Translations under genes and position numbers: made by a program
Assembly: GCA_963848135.1 (NCBI GenBank)
Contig: CAWKCK010000017.1
Span: 248,001 to 312,000, forward strand
Source of the DNA: an uncultured delta proteobacterium
GTDB lineage: Bacteria; Desulfobacterota; Desulfobacteria; Desulfobacterales; SG8-13
Reading direction: 5' to 3'
Length of the DNA stretch: 64,000 nt
Shown: in pieces, positions 33,203 through 43,464 of the stretch
How the letters are laid out: each line of letters starts with the position of its first letter
Numbering within the stretch: position 1 is the stretch's first letter
Notes under the pieces: model-generated
The model's database searches: none
Told to the model about the DNA's origin: nothing
What the model saw: only the letters and a program-made list of their open reading frames with translations

Positions 33203-33892
33203 TTACCAGGCCAAACCTTTACCCTTCATACCGCCACGCTTGATACCGTAATCCATCCCCAGTTGTGCCCGGCTGGTGAAGAAAAGTATAAAGTGTGAAA
33301 GTTTGGTCAAGGGTATGGCTATCAGTAAAATCTCGCCACAGAGAATGTGAACAACCAGCCAGAACTGGTAGTTTGAGACCTGATAGCGGGCCATCAGACC
33401 GGTTACAAATGGGGCCACCGCAATAGCGATCAGCAGGTAATCATATGGGGTGGTGATAATCCTGACTTCGTTCAGGGAAATTCGCCGCAGGACAAGGAAA
33501 AGGGCTGAAACGATCACGGCAATGGTCAATATGTCCGCGGTGGTCTCCGATAGGGTCGGGAGACTGAACCCCCAACTGCTTTTGAGCATTATATTGTGGC
33601 CCAGAAGAAACACCGGAGTGATCAACACGCCAAAATGAAATAGGAAGACCAGGAAGGTGAACACAGGATTGTTGCGCCAGCTGCGCGAGCCGTAGGGAAA
33701 CAGCCAGAAACCGATAGACCGCACCGCCCCCTTGATACCGTATCGCATGTGCGGTCGATAGGCCACACGGTCCAGCTGCCAGTTCAGGCCTTTTATGTAC
33801 CAGACAGTGCGGGCAATCAGGCCGATGAAAAAGGTTAGAAACGCGATCCATGCCAGCGGGCCGGTGACAATGTCGTACATGGGAAACTCCAT
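33203..33892 (-). CDS. hmcE: HmcE, NarI-type membrane cytochrome b
   Basis: TM helices with FH, GH, HIL and SH heme-ligand candidates; operon order. Confidence 0.88.
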   Translation of the reverse strand: MEFPMYDIVTGPLAWIAFLTFFIGLIARTVWYIKGLNWQLDRVAYRPHMRYGIKGAVRSIGFWLFPYGSRSWRNNPVFTFLVFLFHFGVLITPVFLLGHNIMLKSSWGFSLPTLSETTADILTIAVIVSALFLVLRRISLNEVRIITTPYDYLLIAIAVAPFVTGLMARYQVSNYQFWLVVHILCGEILLIAIPLTKLSHFILFFTSRAQLGMDYGIKRGGMKGKGLAW

Positions 33893-34012
33893 AATGTCGA
33901 TTTAAGGTCTATGCATAAGCGGAATTAGAAACCTGGTTTCCGTCTTCCTCACGCCGTATCTGTTAAAACCGAAATTGCCGGGACCAAAAAATCCGGGCGT
34001 GTCTCGATCCAA

Positions 34013-34144
34013 TCAGTCGTCATCCTGACCGGACAGGAAGAACCAGAATCCCGTTATACCGATCAGAGCGGTCACAATCAGAATATAGGTAATGCTTTCC
34101 GTGCGTAACATGAATTCGTGTAAAGTGTGTATAGTCGATTCCAT
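34013..34144 (-). CDS. hmcD: HmcD, small membrane subunit (43 aa)
   Basis: MESTIHTLHEFMLRTESITYILIVTALIGITGFWFFLSGQDDD*; AAGGA RBS; lies between hmcC and hmcE; absent from ORF track. Confidence 0.8.
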   Translation of the reverse strand: MESTIHTLHEFMLRTESITYILIVTALIGITGFWFFLSGQDDD

Positions 34145-34248
34145 TATTTGTCCATCCTTATCAAATGATAGTTCTTAGAATCAGCACCGATTCAATGCTG
34201 CCTTTGTTCAGGAGATAACTCCCGCTAAGACACAGTTCATCAGGCTGG

Positions 34249-35421
34249 TTAGTGGGCCTTTTTGTATCCAGGGTGCTCGTACAGCACCGGCATGCGGGTG
34301 ACGATAAACCTGAAAACGACCACACCGATGGTTACGATGAAAACCGAAATACCGATCTCCATCCAGGACGGAAAATATCTCTCGCTGGAAGGTAAATGAT
34401 AATTAAAAGCAATCAGGCAGACATTGAACCGGTTGACGACAATACCTAGCACTGTCAAGGCGGACGTCCATTTGATCAGCGCCAGGTTTTTATCCCTCAC
34501 GCCGACAGCGTAAAGAAAACACGGAAGGGCCACAAAACCTAATAATTCGACCAGATACCAGGCGCCATAGCCAGTCGACAGGTAATGCCAATTGTTATCA
34601 GCAGCGATTCCGATCACTTTGATGATGAAATAACCAGCCAGAACAAATGATGCAGCCTTGCCGAAACCGAGCGCAACGGAGTCCTTCTCAGCCAAATGTT
34701 CAGGATCCATTTTGTCATTGAAATACCGGTGAGACAGGGTGCTTTCAAATATAACCATTGAAAGTCCGGCAATGATGCTGGACACAAAGAAGTACACCGG
34801 CAAGTAAACCGAATACCAGAGCGGATGCATCTTAGATGGGGCGATAAGAAAAAGGGCCCCCAGAGACGATTGGTGCAGGGTTGATAACACCACACCGAAT
34901 ATTGTCAGCAGCAATGTCAATTTGACGACGATATTGCGGGCCCGTTTCAACCCAAGCCATTCCATTGCAACTGGCGAAAACTCGATGAATAGGACAGTTA
35001 GATAGAGAGCGACGCAGGCAGCGACTTCGAAAAGAAGTGAGGTGGTCCCCCGTTGCATAAGGAACGGATAAGGCAGGCGCCAGGGGCGTCCCACGTCGTA
35101 GTGCAGCGCCAGGACGACCAGGGCGTAACCGAGGAAACCTGTCAAGATGGCGGGTCTCACAGCCGAATGGTATTTTTTAAGACCGAAGATATAGACAGCT
35201 GCCGATGTTACATATCCTCCGGCGGCCAGAGCGACACCAACCAACAGGTCGAAACCGATCCAGATTCCCCAAGGATTGTAGTCCGATAGATTGGTAACGG
35301 ACGCCAATCCGCCGGTAAAGCGCAGCACGGTCAGGATCATTCCGACGATAAGTATGAAGCCTGAGACAATAGTGAAGGGCGTCAAAGGGATTTTGCGGGT
35401 TGAAGCAGTTTCTTCAGCCAT
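34249..35421 (-). CDS. hmcC: HmcC, NrfD/HybB-family membrane subunit
   Basis: [33 protein letters not shown]. Confidence 0.9.
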   Translation of the reverse strand: MAEETASTRKIPLTPFTIVSGFILIVGMILTVLRFTGGLASVTNLSDYNPWGIWIGFDLLVGVALAAGGYVTSAAVYIFGLKKYHSAVRPAILTGFLGYALVVLALHYDVGRPWRLPYPFLMQRGTTSLLFEVAACVALYLTVLFIEFSPVAMEWLGLKRARNIVVKLTLLLTIFGVVLSTLHQSSLGALFLIAPSKMHPLWYSVYLPVYFFVSSIIAGLSMVIFESTLSHRYFNDKMDPEHLAEKDSVALGFGKAASFVLAGYFIIKVIGIAADNNWHYLSTGYGAWYLVELLGFVALPCFLYAVGVRDKNLALIKWTSALTVLGIVVNRFNVCLIAFNYHLPSSERYFPSWMEIGISVFIVTIGVVVFRFIVTRMPVLYEHPGYKKAH

Positions 35422-36499
35422 CAGATTCCTCCTTGCTATCAGGCTTGGCGGCTGCTTCACTTTGCGTTTTGGCCGCCTCTTCAAGGGCCTTTTTGACTTG
35501 CAGTTCGATTTCTTTTTCTTTTTCCACCTGGGCCTGTTTCAACGCATTATCCAGATTGGATTTGGCATCCGCTTCGGCCTGTTCTCTCACCGCGTCAATG
35601 GCCTGAGACATTTCGGCTTCGGCGATCTTGTCTTTGCGTTTCGATATGGCATAGATTCCGGTCAGCAGAACGGGCCACATTCCCACGACGATCGGTACAG
35701 CACTCAAGGCCCCTTTGGTGAGCAGCGGTGCGGGTATATTCCCTAAATCCTCGCGCATTCCGATCTCCTGAAATGGCGTGCCGGAGAGGTAAAGCCAGCT
35801 CGTTCCGCCCATTTCGGTTTCCCCGTAAATGTGGTCCACGTAGCGGCCGGGATGTTGTTGGATGCGTTCCCTGGCAAACCGGAGCAAATCTTTGCGTTTC
35901 CCGAAGGTGAGCGCTTCTGTGGGACAGCTCTCCACGCATCCCGGAAGGAGCCCTTTGGTGATCCGCGGGTGGCAGAGTGTGCATTTGGTTACACTGGGTG
36001 TCAGGGCTTTGTCGTACTCGTAGCTCGGAATTTCGAACGGACACGCAATCATACAATAGCGGCAGCCCACGCAGACCGACTCGTCGTATGTCACAGCACC
36101 GGTCGGTGTCTTGGTAAACGCTCTTACGAAACAAGCAGAGGCGCAAGCCGGTTCAAGACAATGATTGCATTGAATCTTCCGATATACCGGCCCCCCGACA
36201 TCCGGCGTTCCGGCATACCGATTGACGACGGTATAGGCCCCGGCCTGTGTTCGTCGCGGCGTCTCCATAACAGAGAGGTCGTCGAAAGCCTTATCCGGCA
36301 CCGGTAATTCGTTTACTTTGTTGCAGCCCTCCTCACACTTCCGACACCCGATGCAGAGCGTGTTGTCAAACAGCACACCGCTGCTGTCCGGGTAACCGGT
36401 AAAATGCTTGTTGGATGCTGCGCTGGCATTTCCCCCTACGGTTACGCCGAGACCGGCTGAACCCAGCCACCCGAGGAACTTTCTTCTTGAAATCGACAT
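35414..36499 (-). CDS. hmcB: HmcB, Tat-exported 4x[4Fe-4S] protein
   Basis: SRRKFL Tat motif; CIGCRKC, CNHC..PACASAC, CVGCRYC, CTLC..C. Confidence 0.92.
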   Translation of the reverse strand: MSISRRKFLGWLGSAGLGVTVGGNASAASNKHFTGYPDSSGVLFDNTLCIGCRKCEEGCNKVNELPVPDKAFDDLSVMETPRRTQAGAYTVVNRYAGTPDVGGPVYRKIQCNHCLEPACASACFVRAFTKTPTGAVTYDESVCVGCRYCMIACPFEIPSYEYDKALTPSVTKCTLCHPRITKGLLPGCVESCPTEALTFGKRKDLLRFARERIQQHPGRYVDHIYGETEMGGTSWLYLSGTPFQEIGMREDLGNIPAPLLTKGALSAVPIVVGMWPVLLTGIYAISKRKDKIAEAEMSQAIDAVREQAEADAKSNLDNALKQAQVEKEKEIELQVKKALEEAAKTQSEAAAKPDSKEESDG

Positions 36500-36573
36500 A
36501 AACTTACCCCTACGGCTTTAATATCCTGGTTAACGGTTCCTCCCGTAATATGACACAAGCATTGCAGACAAAT

Positions 36574-38184
36574 TTATTTCTTTTCATGGCAGGCCGTACA
36601 ATCCGTGGCGGCTGGTTTTTCAATCCCCATGCGTGTATGACACCCAATGCACTGCTGGTGATAGGCCGCCATCAGACCCGGTCGAACCGGTTGCCTTTCA
36701 ACAAACGGCTGGCCGTGACAACTACCACACTGGGGCGGTTTCTCAGCAATAATGCTGTTGTGGTGACACCCCTGGCAAAGGGTGCCGGCCTCACCATGAA
36801 ACGTAAGCGCCAGTTGGCTGCCTTCAATCTTTTTCTCGAGCGCCTGCACTATTTTGCGATGGGGCATCTTTGCTTTTTGGAACTGATTCGTCAGAATCCC
36901 GATATCAACTATTTCGGGAATCTTATCCGCCGGGTAGGCGGTGGGTGGTTTTTTCCTGGTTTCCAGCATAAGGGCGGCCAGCTCGTCCGGCTTCTGTGCC
37001 GACCCATCGGTAACCGGCATTGGCTCCATATGACAGCTAAGACAAGCACTGGCGTTTCTATCACCGGAAAGTTTTAGATAGATATTCTCGTGACAACCGG
37101 CACATTCAGGTTGGGCTTTCTGGTTGTTATGGCAGCCGATGCAACTCTGAGAAGCATTTGTCTGGTGCATTGACTGTTCGAGCTGTACCCGTTTTCCTTT
37201 TTCATCCCCATTAAGGGTATGGCAGCTGACGCACGCTTTCAAATTGGCGTGGTGGCACACGCGGCAGGTGCTATTATATTGCTCGTGGTCCTTATGGTTG
37301 AACGGCACCTGCTTCATGAGGGTGTCGTCCTTCGGATTCGGCTGCGGCTCATTCTCCTGCAACCTTTTAACGAACACCACATTGGGCTGATTGACTTCCA
37401 TCCGGGGAACATCTTTGACGACTTCGATAAGTTTCTGTTGTTCGCGTCCATGACACCGGCTGCACTCGTTCGGCCCGCTGGTCTGGTTTTCCGCCAACCG
37501 CTGCTCGTGGCACCCAATACAGGCCTGGTGAAAAGCCGGACGGGCGGCAATGCGGTTGTCCACCTTGGTTTCGCCGTGACAGTAACGGCACGAACCTTCC
37601 TCACCCTTAACGTACTCGAGGGCCTTTTTCTGCTCGTTGTATACGTGGTGGCACTTTTCGCATTTCTTATCAAGGGTCTTGGTGTGCCGGTAGTGAAGGG
37701 ATTTGTCCATCCCCATGGGCTGTCGGTCGGAAACCACTGTCGGTTTCATCCGATGGCAAGCGCCACAGGTAATCGGTCCGCTCTTGCGGCCTTCTGCTGC
37801 CGTTTCCGTATGGCAGGTAATGCACCCCTCATGGTACACTTCCATGACGGTTTGCGGGTCGCTGTCTTCGATCCTTTTGAATTTGTAAGAGCGGCGCCCT
37901 TTATCATCGGCAGGATGGCAGGCGTTGCAGTCCTGTTTTTGCTGCAGCAGGGCCTCCGTATGTTTGTCGTGCAAAAAAACAACCGGAGGTCTTTCAAGAC
38001 TGCCGAAGGTTTTCATCGTGTCGATCATGACCATATCGGCCCGCATGGTTTCAATTGCGTCCGGTTCTTCGGGCACCCCTTGAACGCCCTGTACCCCAAA
38101 ATTCAGGATCAAGACCGATAGAAATGCAATCGCCCCCAAAAATCCGCCTTTTCGTAACAGCGCTTTCCCATTCTTCATGTTCAA
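36574..38184 (-). CDS. hmcA: HmcA, 16-heme high-molecular-weight cytochrome c
   Basis: Signal peptide; 16 CXXCH motifs counted. Confidence 0.95.
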   Translation of the reverse strand: MNMKNGKALLRKGGFLGAIAFLSVLILNFGVQGVQGVPEEPDAIETMRADMVMIDTMKTFGSLERPPVVFLHDKHTEALLQQKQDCNACHPADDKGRRSYKFKRIEDSDPQTVMEVYHEGCITCHTETAAEGRKSGPITCGACHRMKPTVVSDRQPMGMDKSLHYRHTKTLDKKCEKCHHVYNEQKKALEYVKGEEGSCRYCHGETKVDNRIAARPAFHQACIGCHEQRLAENQTSGPNECSRCHGREQQKLIEVVKDVPRMEVNQPNVVFVKRLQENEPQPNPKDDTLMKQVPFNHKDHEQYNSTCRVCHHANLKACVSCHTLNGDEKGKRVQLEQSMHQTNASQSCIGCHNNQKAQPECAGCHENIYLKLSGDRNASACLSCHMEPMPVTDGSAQKPDELAALMLETRKKPPTAYPADKIPEIVDIGILTNQFQKAKMPHRKIVQALEKKIEGSQLALTFHGEAGTLCQGCHHNSIIAEKPPQCGSCHGQPFVERQPVRPGLMAAYHQQCIGCHTRMGIEKPAATDCTACHEKK

Positions 38185-38232
38185 ATTCCTTGACCGTTGT
38201 CCGTCTCTGGTTCTGAAGTTGAGGTTCAGATG

Positions 38233-38670
38233 CTACGCCAACAGCGTATCCGATCGTTTCTCGTATTTAATCAGATCCGCAAAGGTCGTCTCATCATAAA
38301 TTTTGAAGATGGCTCTGTTTACTTTTTTCCACATGGGCACGAACGCGCAGTCGCATTCGAACGGGCATTCCTTCTTTGACATGCAACTGATATTGTGAAC
38401 GGGATCTTCCTCGGCCTGCATGAAGCGGAGAACGTCACCGACGGTAATCCTCTCTGGAGACTGCAGCAGGTAGTAACCGCCATGGTAACCCCGCTTCGAA
38501 TCGACAAACCCGCTCCCCTTAAGTTGGCCGAGGATCACTTCTAAGAAGCGTAAAGGGATTGCCTGTGCCTGCGCGATTTCGGAAATTTTTTTGGGCCCCT
38601 CGCCTTCGTGTTTAGCCAGTTCAAGTAGGGCTCTCAAGGCATATTGCTCGCTCTTTTTCGCTCGAATCAT
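38233..38670 (-). CDS. rrf2: Rrf2-family transcriptional regulator
   Basis: YALRALLELA, FLEVIL, SKRGYHGGY; Cys-rich segment CMSKKECPFECDC. Confidence 0.92.
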   Translation of the reverse strand: MIRAKKSEQYALRALLELAKHEGEGPKKISEIAQAQAIPLRFLEVILGQLKGSGFVDSKRGYHGGYYLLQSPERITVGDVLRFMQAEEDPVHNISCMSKKECPFECDCAFVPMWKKVNRAIFKIYDETTFADLIKYEKRSDTLLA

Positions 38671-38679
38671 CGCCTTGCT

Positions 38680-38752
38680 TTCTTGACTAAATAGGTCGGC
38701 TTCTTTCCCGACTCATATAGTCAGGTTAAATGTTCACTTATTTAGTCAAGAA
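38680..38752. promoter_or_regulatory. Three IscR/Rrf2-type operator boxes at 25-bp period
   Basis: CTTGACTAAATAGGTCGGC (38682), CCCGACTCATATAGTCAGG (38707), GTTCACTTATTTAGTCAAG (38732). Confidence 0.78.
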
Positions 38753-39066
38753 AGAGGGACCTTGTCAATCTTTTTTTTGGCCGGTTCGTCATCTATCGAA
38801 TCGATTTTTTTTCTAATGATTACAGCATAATACTATTATCCGCCGTTTGCCGATTGTTCTGTCGCGACGCGAATAAAAACCCTTTGTGCCGGTGATTATT
38901 ACGGGTGGCGCTGAACAGAGTCGCCTTTGGCAACGAAAGCCTATAATTAGAATAAGGCTCCATCTAAAACTACCTCAAGTGCCCGATGGTTGCGAATTCG
39001 ATAAAAAGTGTTAACTTGCCACCAAATGCACTTTTTCTATTCACGTGAGGAATTGGAGGAGTTGTT

Positions 39067-39330
39067 ATGACCGATCAGTGGAAGAAGGAATTGAGCTGTG
39101 CTGAAATATGCGCTTCCTGTAACGGCAAAATAGCCAAACGCGATCAGAGAATCCTATCCGTGTATTCTCACCAACCCATCTGCAGTCATTGCAAGGTTGA
39201 AGAAGAAAAGCGGCAGGATTACGCCAACATGTCAAAGAAGATGATATCGGAATGTATACGATCGACCGGAAAACCATATGGTGACCCTGGAGGGTATTGT
39301 TTTCACCACTTCTGCCCTTATAAATGTTGA
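39067..39330 (+). CDS. Small Cys-rich hypothetical protein
   Basis: GGAGG RBS; CASC, CSHC, YCFHHFCPYKC. Confidence 0.7.
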   Translation: MTDQWKKELSCAEICASCNGKIAKRDQRILSVYSHQPICSHCKVEEEKRQDYANMSKKMISECIRSTGKPYGDPGGYCFHHFCPYKC

Positions 39331-39355
39331 AGAGACGCAAACTACCGAATCACCT

Positions 39356-39892
39356 TTAATCAGAAGCGTCCTGCTGTTTTGCCCGTGCCTGCATCTCTTT
39401 CTCCACCTGAACGCGCAACACCAGCCCTTCCACTTTGCTCGGTGCCATATTGCCATGAATCATATCACCCACCAGCGCAACCGGGGCCAGGGCGCAACAG
39501 CCGACACAGGCAACACGCTCGATGCTGAACTCTCGATCCGGAGTGGTCTCACCCTCCTTTATATCGAGTTTCCGTTCGAAGTTTTCGAGAATGATGTCAG
39601 CACCTTTGACATGGCAGGCTGTTCCCAGACAAACCTTTACCGGGTGCCTTCCGGGCGGATTAAATCTGAACTGGTTATAGAAAGTCGCAACGCCGTAAAC
39701 TTCCGAAGGAGACACCCCCAAATGATCCGCAACCATCACAATGGTCTCCGGGGCCAGGTAGGCGAGCCTTTCTTGGCACATCTGCAGAATGGGAATCAGG
39801 GCCCCCCGGTCTTTCCTGAAACCTGCTAATTGAGATTTCAGATCTTCGAGAATCCGGACCTCTTCAGGACCGAGCTCAACATCCATGGGCAT
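39356..39892 (-). CDS. NuoE/HydC-like [2Fe-2S] subunit
   Basis: GVATFYNQF, VCLGTACHVKG, ACVGCCALAP. Confidence 0.93.
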   Translation of the reverse strand: MPMDVELGPEEVRILEDLKSQLAGFRKDRGALIPILQMCQERLAYLAPETIVMVADHLGVSPSEVYGVATFYNQFRFNPPGRHPVKVCLGTACHVKGADIILENFERKLDIKEGETTPDREFSIERVACVGCCALAPVALVGDMIHGNMAPSKVEGLVLRVQVEKEMQARAKQQDASD

Positions 39893-40012
39893 TCCTTTTC
39901 GGGATCAGAATGTTGCGTAAACGAGGTGCAGTTTGGCGCACCTTTGGGTTGATACCCTTTCGAACCCGGCCATAAAGGGCCGTCAATGTCGATTAATGCG
40001 CACAGGGGGTAT

Positions 40013-40480
40013 TCAAATCTTGTCCAAGGCGCCATAAGCCGCCTGAATCCGGTCACGGAGAAGGAAGCACAACCTTTCCAGGACGTTGAAACCAAGAGTG
40101 GAATTATCGGTCATCAACTCCCTTAGCCTGGCCCCCTGGAGTACGAGAACGGTGGTGGCTTTCTGGCAAATTGCCGTCGACATCACAATGTGTGGTTCGT
40201 TGAGCAAGGTCGACCAGCACCCGAGCACACGACCTTTACCGAGGGTTTCAATGACGATGTTCCCTTTTCGGTTCCCAATTTTCATTGAGCGCTCCAAATG
40301 CACGAGACCCTCGGCGATGATATACAGATGCTCGCCGAAATCTCCCTGCTGAAATAATGGCGAACCGGCTTTACAGGAACGCCCCTCGCAGATGCCGCCA
40401 ATTTTACGGATCTCGCCTTTGCTCAAACCTTTGAAAAACTCGCAGCTTGCCAGAACCTCTTCAATACCCTTTGGTTTCAT
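40013..40480 (-). CDS. Cyclic nucleotide-binding domain protein
   Basis: LFQQGDFGEHLYIIAEG; no HTH domain. Confidence 0.85.
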   Translation of the reverse strand: MKPKGIEEVLASCEFFKGLSKGEIRKIGGICEGRSCKAGSPLFQQGDFGEHLYIIAEGLVHLERSMKIGNRKGNIVIETLGKGRVLGCWSTLLNEPHIVMSTAICQKATTVLVLQGARLRELMTDNSTLGFNVLERLCFLLRDRIQAAYGALDKI

Positions 40481-40941
40481 ACGGCCGCCTCGCTTTCCGG
40501 TTGCGACATCTCACGGGCTTGACGCGCATCGCGGTCATAGAGCTGAATCAACCGGTTGCCAAGCACCTTTGCCAACTGTTGGAAGAATTTCAGGCTACTG
40601 AAATGATCTTTCTCCAGGATCTTTTGGAATTGTCGCCTATCGATCCTCAGCAAAGAAGTCGGTGCCGAGCACACGGCCGAGGCCGTAAAACCTTTGCGGC
40701 CGATCAGGCTCGACCAGCCGAAAATTTCACCGAGTTTACTGCCGGTGTAGACTTCACGACCGTCCTGACCGAGGCGGATTCTTACGCACCCCTGGATGAG
40801 AATGTAAAAATTTTCGGCCGGCTCTTCGGACTGGAAAACCACCTCCCCTTCGGAAAAGGACACTCGGGTGGCTATGGCCATGAGGTCCTTGATGAAATTG
40901 TGGCTGAGACCATGAAAGAGGTCCGCCTGCTTGATGATCAT
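40477..40941 (-). CDS. Cyclic nucleotide-binding domain protein
   Basis: VFQSEEPAENFYILIQG, GEIFGWSSL; GGAGG RBS. Confidence 0.85.
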   Translation of the reverse strand: MIIKQADLFHGLSHNFIKDLMAIATRVSFSEGEVVFQSEEPAENFYILIQGCVRIRLGQDGREVYTGSKLGEIFGWSSLIGRKGFTASAVCSAPTSLLRIDRRQFQKILEKDHFSSLKFFQQLAKVLGNRLIQLYDRDARQAREMSQPESEAAV

Positions 40942-41099
40942 GCCGCACCTCCATACCCCATATTGGTGACTGCTTGATGCTGTTGTCGTGAAGTTGTCTG
41001 GAAAGGCTCCCATTTTTATTATAGTTTCAACCTCTCAATGTCAATTCCTACGTGGTAGCACCGATTATCTGCGCGCGCATTCGGGCGAAACGCATTTGC

Positions 41100-41393
41100 G
41101 GATTCAATGACCTCCGGCAAAGCAGGAGGAATGATTTGTGAACCGCTCAAAGTGGTCTTTTAAAACCACTATTTCGGACAATCAAACGGTCATTGAATGT
41201 AATTTTTTGTAGGAATGAATTATCGACCTTGCCGCAATTAAACTCTTTTTTACTACGCTGGATCTGCTCCATCAACACCAGATCTCTATCTGTTTTTATA
41301 TTTTCATAATAATCATCGTCTCAAATTTTGTTTAACTCCTGGAATTGTCAAACTTTGGAAGTCTCCCCTGCAAAACTGGGGGTTTATCGATGA
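41100..41393 (-). mobile_element. Non-autonomous IS200/IS605-type miniature element
   Basis: End hairpins CCTCCGGCAAAGCAGGAGG with ACCGCTCAAAGTGGT, and CCCCTGCAAAACTGGGGG with TGTCAAACTTTGGAAGTCT; AT-rich interior with no recognisable tnpA. Confidence 0.65.
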
Positions 41394-41810
41394 TTATTAG
41401 GGCGAGAGGTTTCTTGACATCGCGCAATTGAGAAATACTGCCTGATTATAGGTCGCGGGACTGATAGAAATCGAATTCCCATGAACTTGTGGATGTAAAA
41501 ATCGCCATCGATTCAAACAAGGAGAGAACAATGCCCCGTATCGATACGATTCGTCGTGCAGGTAGAGCAGGTTCTTATCTTCTCGGTTGCCCCCCATGGC
41601 GACATTGAGGCTTAGGGGGTGCTTGATATCAATACCCGAGTGCTTACTGTCGATTTATATTCACTTGTGATCGCACCTGTCCGGAATCATTCTGTCCATG
41701 TGACCGGGCCAGTTGGACACCCTTCTCCTGGTATTTGGAACACCGATGACGTCAAGGCAATACCACCGGAAACACAACGACTTTTCTCGTGAGAACTCTG
41801 GTATCTTCAA

Positions 41811-42479
41811 ATGATCAGCCATACCCATCACGGCAAAGGAACGATACATATGAGGCCACAATACCATGATATCCATGATATAATTGATAATGCGGACAAG
41901 GACAGGCGGTCGGGTTTTACTCGCCGGCAAACAGCCCCACCGCCGTTCTCGGGTACAGAGAGGCGCAAGAGAACTGACCGCCGCAACAATTCCTTTAAAC
42001 GCCACAATCCACCAGAAAACAATCCCGCAAGGCAAGGCAAAGCGTTCATCACCCGTGCCTTTCGCTTCTTAGTGGGAAAAGATGGACAAAACGGCACCAA
42101 GGTCAAAAATACCGCGGGACCAGGCCGATTTCAGGAGGAAACCCATCTCATCGACCGGGCTCATGATCGAATCCCTTTTGAAGCCCCGATCAGTATCCAG
42201 GATGGCGATACCTATGACATATTTACCGGTACGCTCTTCAATCATAGCCCGGGAGGTATGTACCTGGAAACTGAAACAGCGCCGAGAATTCATTCTGGTG
42301 TTGTCGTTCACATGCAAAATTACGCTCCCGATGCCGTTGCGCCGGAGAATATCCGTAAATACTACGGCCAGGTGCGCTGGTGCCAAAAACTCTCCGGAAT
42401 GGTCGTCTTCGTAAACTACGGTGTCGGAATCAAACTGTGCAGTGATCTGGATGAGTTTATAAAAACCTTTGGGCTATAG
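41811..42479 (+). CDS. PilZ domain protein
   Basis: RAHDR, NHSPGG, VRWC, YGVGI. Confidence 0.8.
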   Translation: MISHTHHGKGTIHMRPQYHDIHDIIDNADKDRRSGFTRRQTAPPPFSGTERRKRTDRRNNSFKRHNPPENNPARQGKAFITRAFRFLVGKDGQNGTKVKNTAGPGRFQEETHLIDRAHDRIPFEAPISIQDGDTYDIFTGTLFNHSPGGMYLETETAPRIHSGVVVHMQNYAPDAVAPENIRKYYGQVRWCQKLSGMVVFVNYGVGIKLCSDLDEFIKTFGL

Positions 42480-42938
42480 CGCCGCTTTCACGTGCCCGGA
42501 CGGCAGGGGGATTGCCGCTTCGCCTCAAAATGCCCTGGCGATGAAAGCGTCGTTTTGTGACATGTCCGGGCGCTGTATCAAACTCAATCTTAGGGACGAA
42601 TCCTATGCTATGATCAAGTACCGCTTGAGGGATCAAATATTGGGACATTGAAAACATTAGCCACCCAGCGATATCTTCGTCTCGCGGCTGTGCGGGTCCG
42701 AAATATCGGAAGCGCACAGCCGTGAACGTGACACCTCCCAATATATCTTTTAGGGTCCAACCAGATCACCACCGCCCGCCTCCCGAACGCCACCTAAGAT
42801 GGCGGACCATTTCTGAGCAATATGCCCCATGAAACCTGCGGGATATCACCCAATCATGATTGACAAACATAATGCTTGCTCCTGAAATAATAAATTAACA
42901 ATCTGTTATTATTATAAAATATAACTAAAAACGCAATT

Positions 42939-42954
42939 TGGCACACTCCCTGCT
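42939..42954 (+). promoter_or_regulatory. Putative sigma-54 promoter
   Basis: TGGCAC-N5-CTGCT with -24/-12 spacing, about 40 bp before the receiver gene. Confidence 0.55.
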
Positions 42955-42992
42955 AATTGATTACGCCAGAACCATTAAAAGGGAAAATCAAA

Positions 42993-43412
42993 ATGCGAAA
43001 ACTCGAATATTATCGCTTACTCGCCGAATTAAAAATACTTTTAATCGAGCCCGACCTCTTTCTGCGGGATGCTCTTCAGAAAGCTTTTGGAAATATCGGC
43101 TGCCTGGTTGATGTTACGGAATCGGCTGATAAAGGGCTTGAAATCCTTGACAATGACACCTTTGATATCATCATTACCGATATCGATTTGCCGGGATTCG
43201 ACGGTCTCGAGTTTTTCAATCAAGCCGGCTCTAAATGTCAGCGGGCTTTAAAGGTCGTTATTGCCGGCTACGGCGATATAGACCCGGTAAGCACCGCCTG
43301 TGAATTCGGTATCGATCAAATATTCGAAAAACCATTCGCCCTCACCACTGTTCTGGATGCATTAACAGGCCATTTTACAGGTCTGCAGCAACAGATGAGA
43401 GGAACAGGCTGA
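42993..43412 (+). CDS. Response regulator receiver protein
   Basis: ILLIE, ITDIDLPGFDG, EKPF. Confidence 0.85.
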   Translation: MRKLEYYRLLAELKILLIEPDLFLRDALQKAFGNIGCLVDVTESADKGLEILDNDTFDIIITDIDLPGFDGLEFFNQAGSKCQRALKVVIAGYGDIDPVSTACEFGIDQIFEKPFALTTVLDALTGHFTGLQQQMRGTG

Positions 43413-43464
43413 AATTACGCCTTAATTTTATCGAAGACCCCAAAACGGTCAAGAAGGGGTTGCC

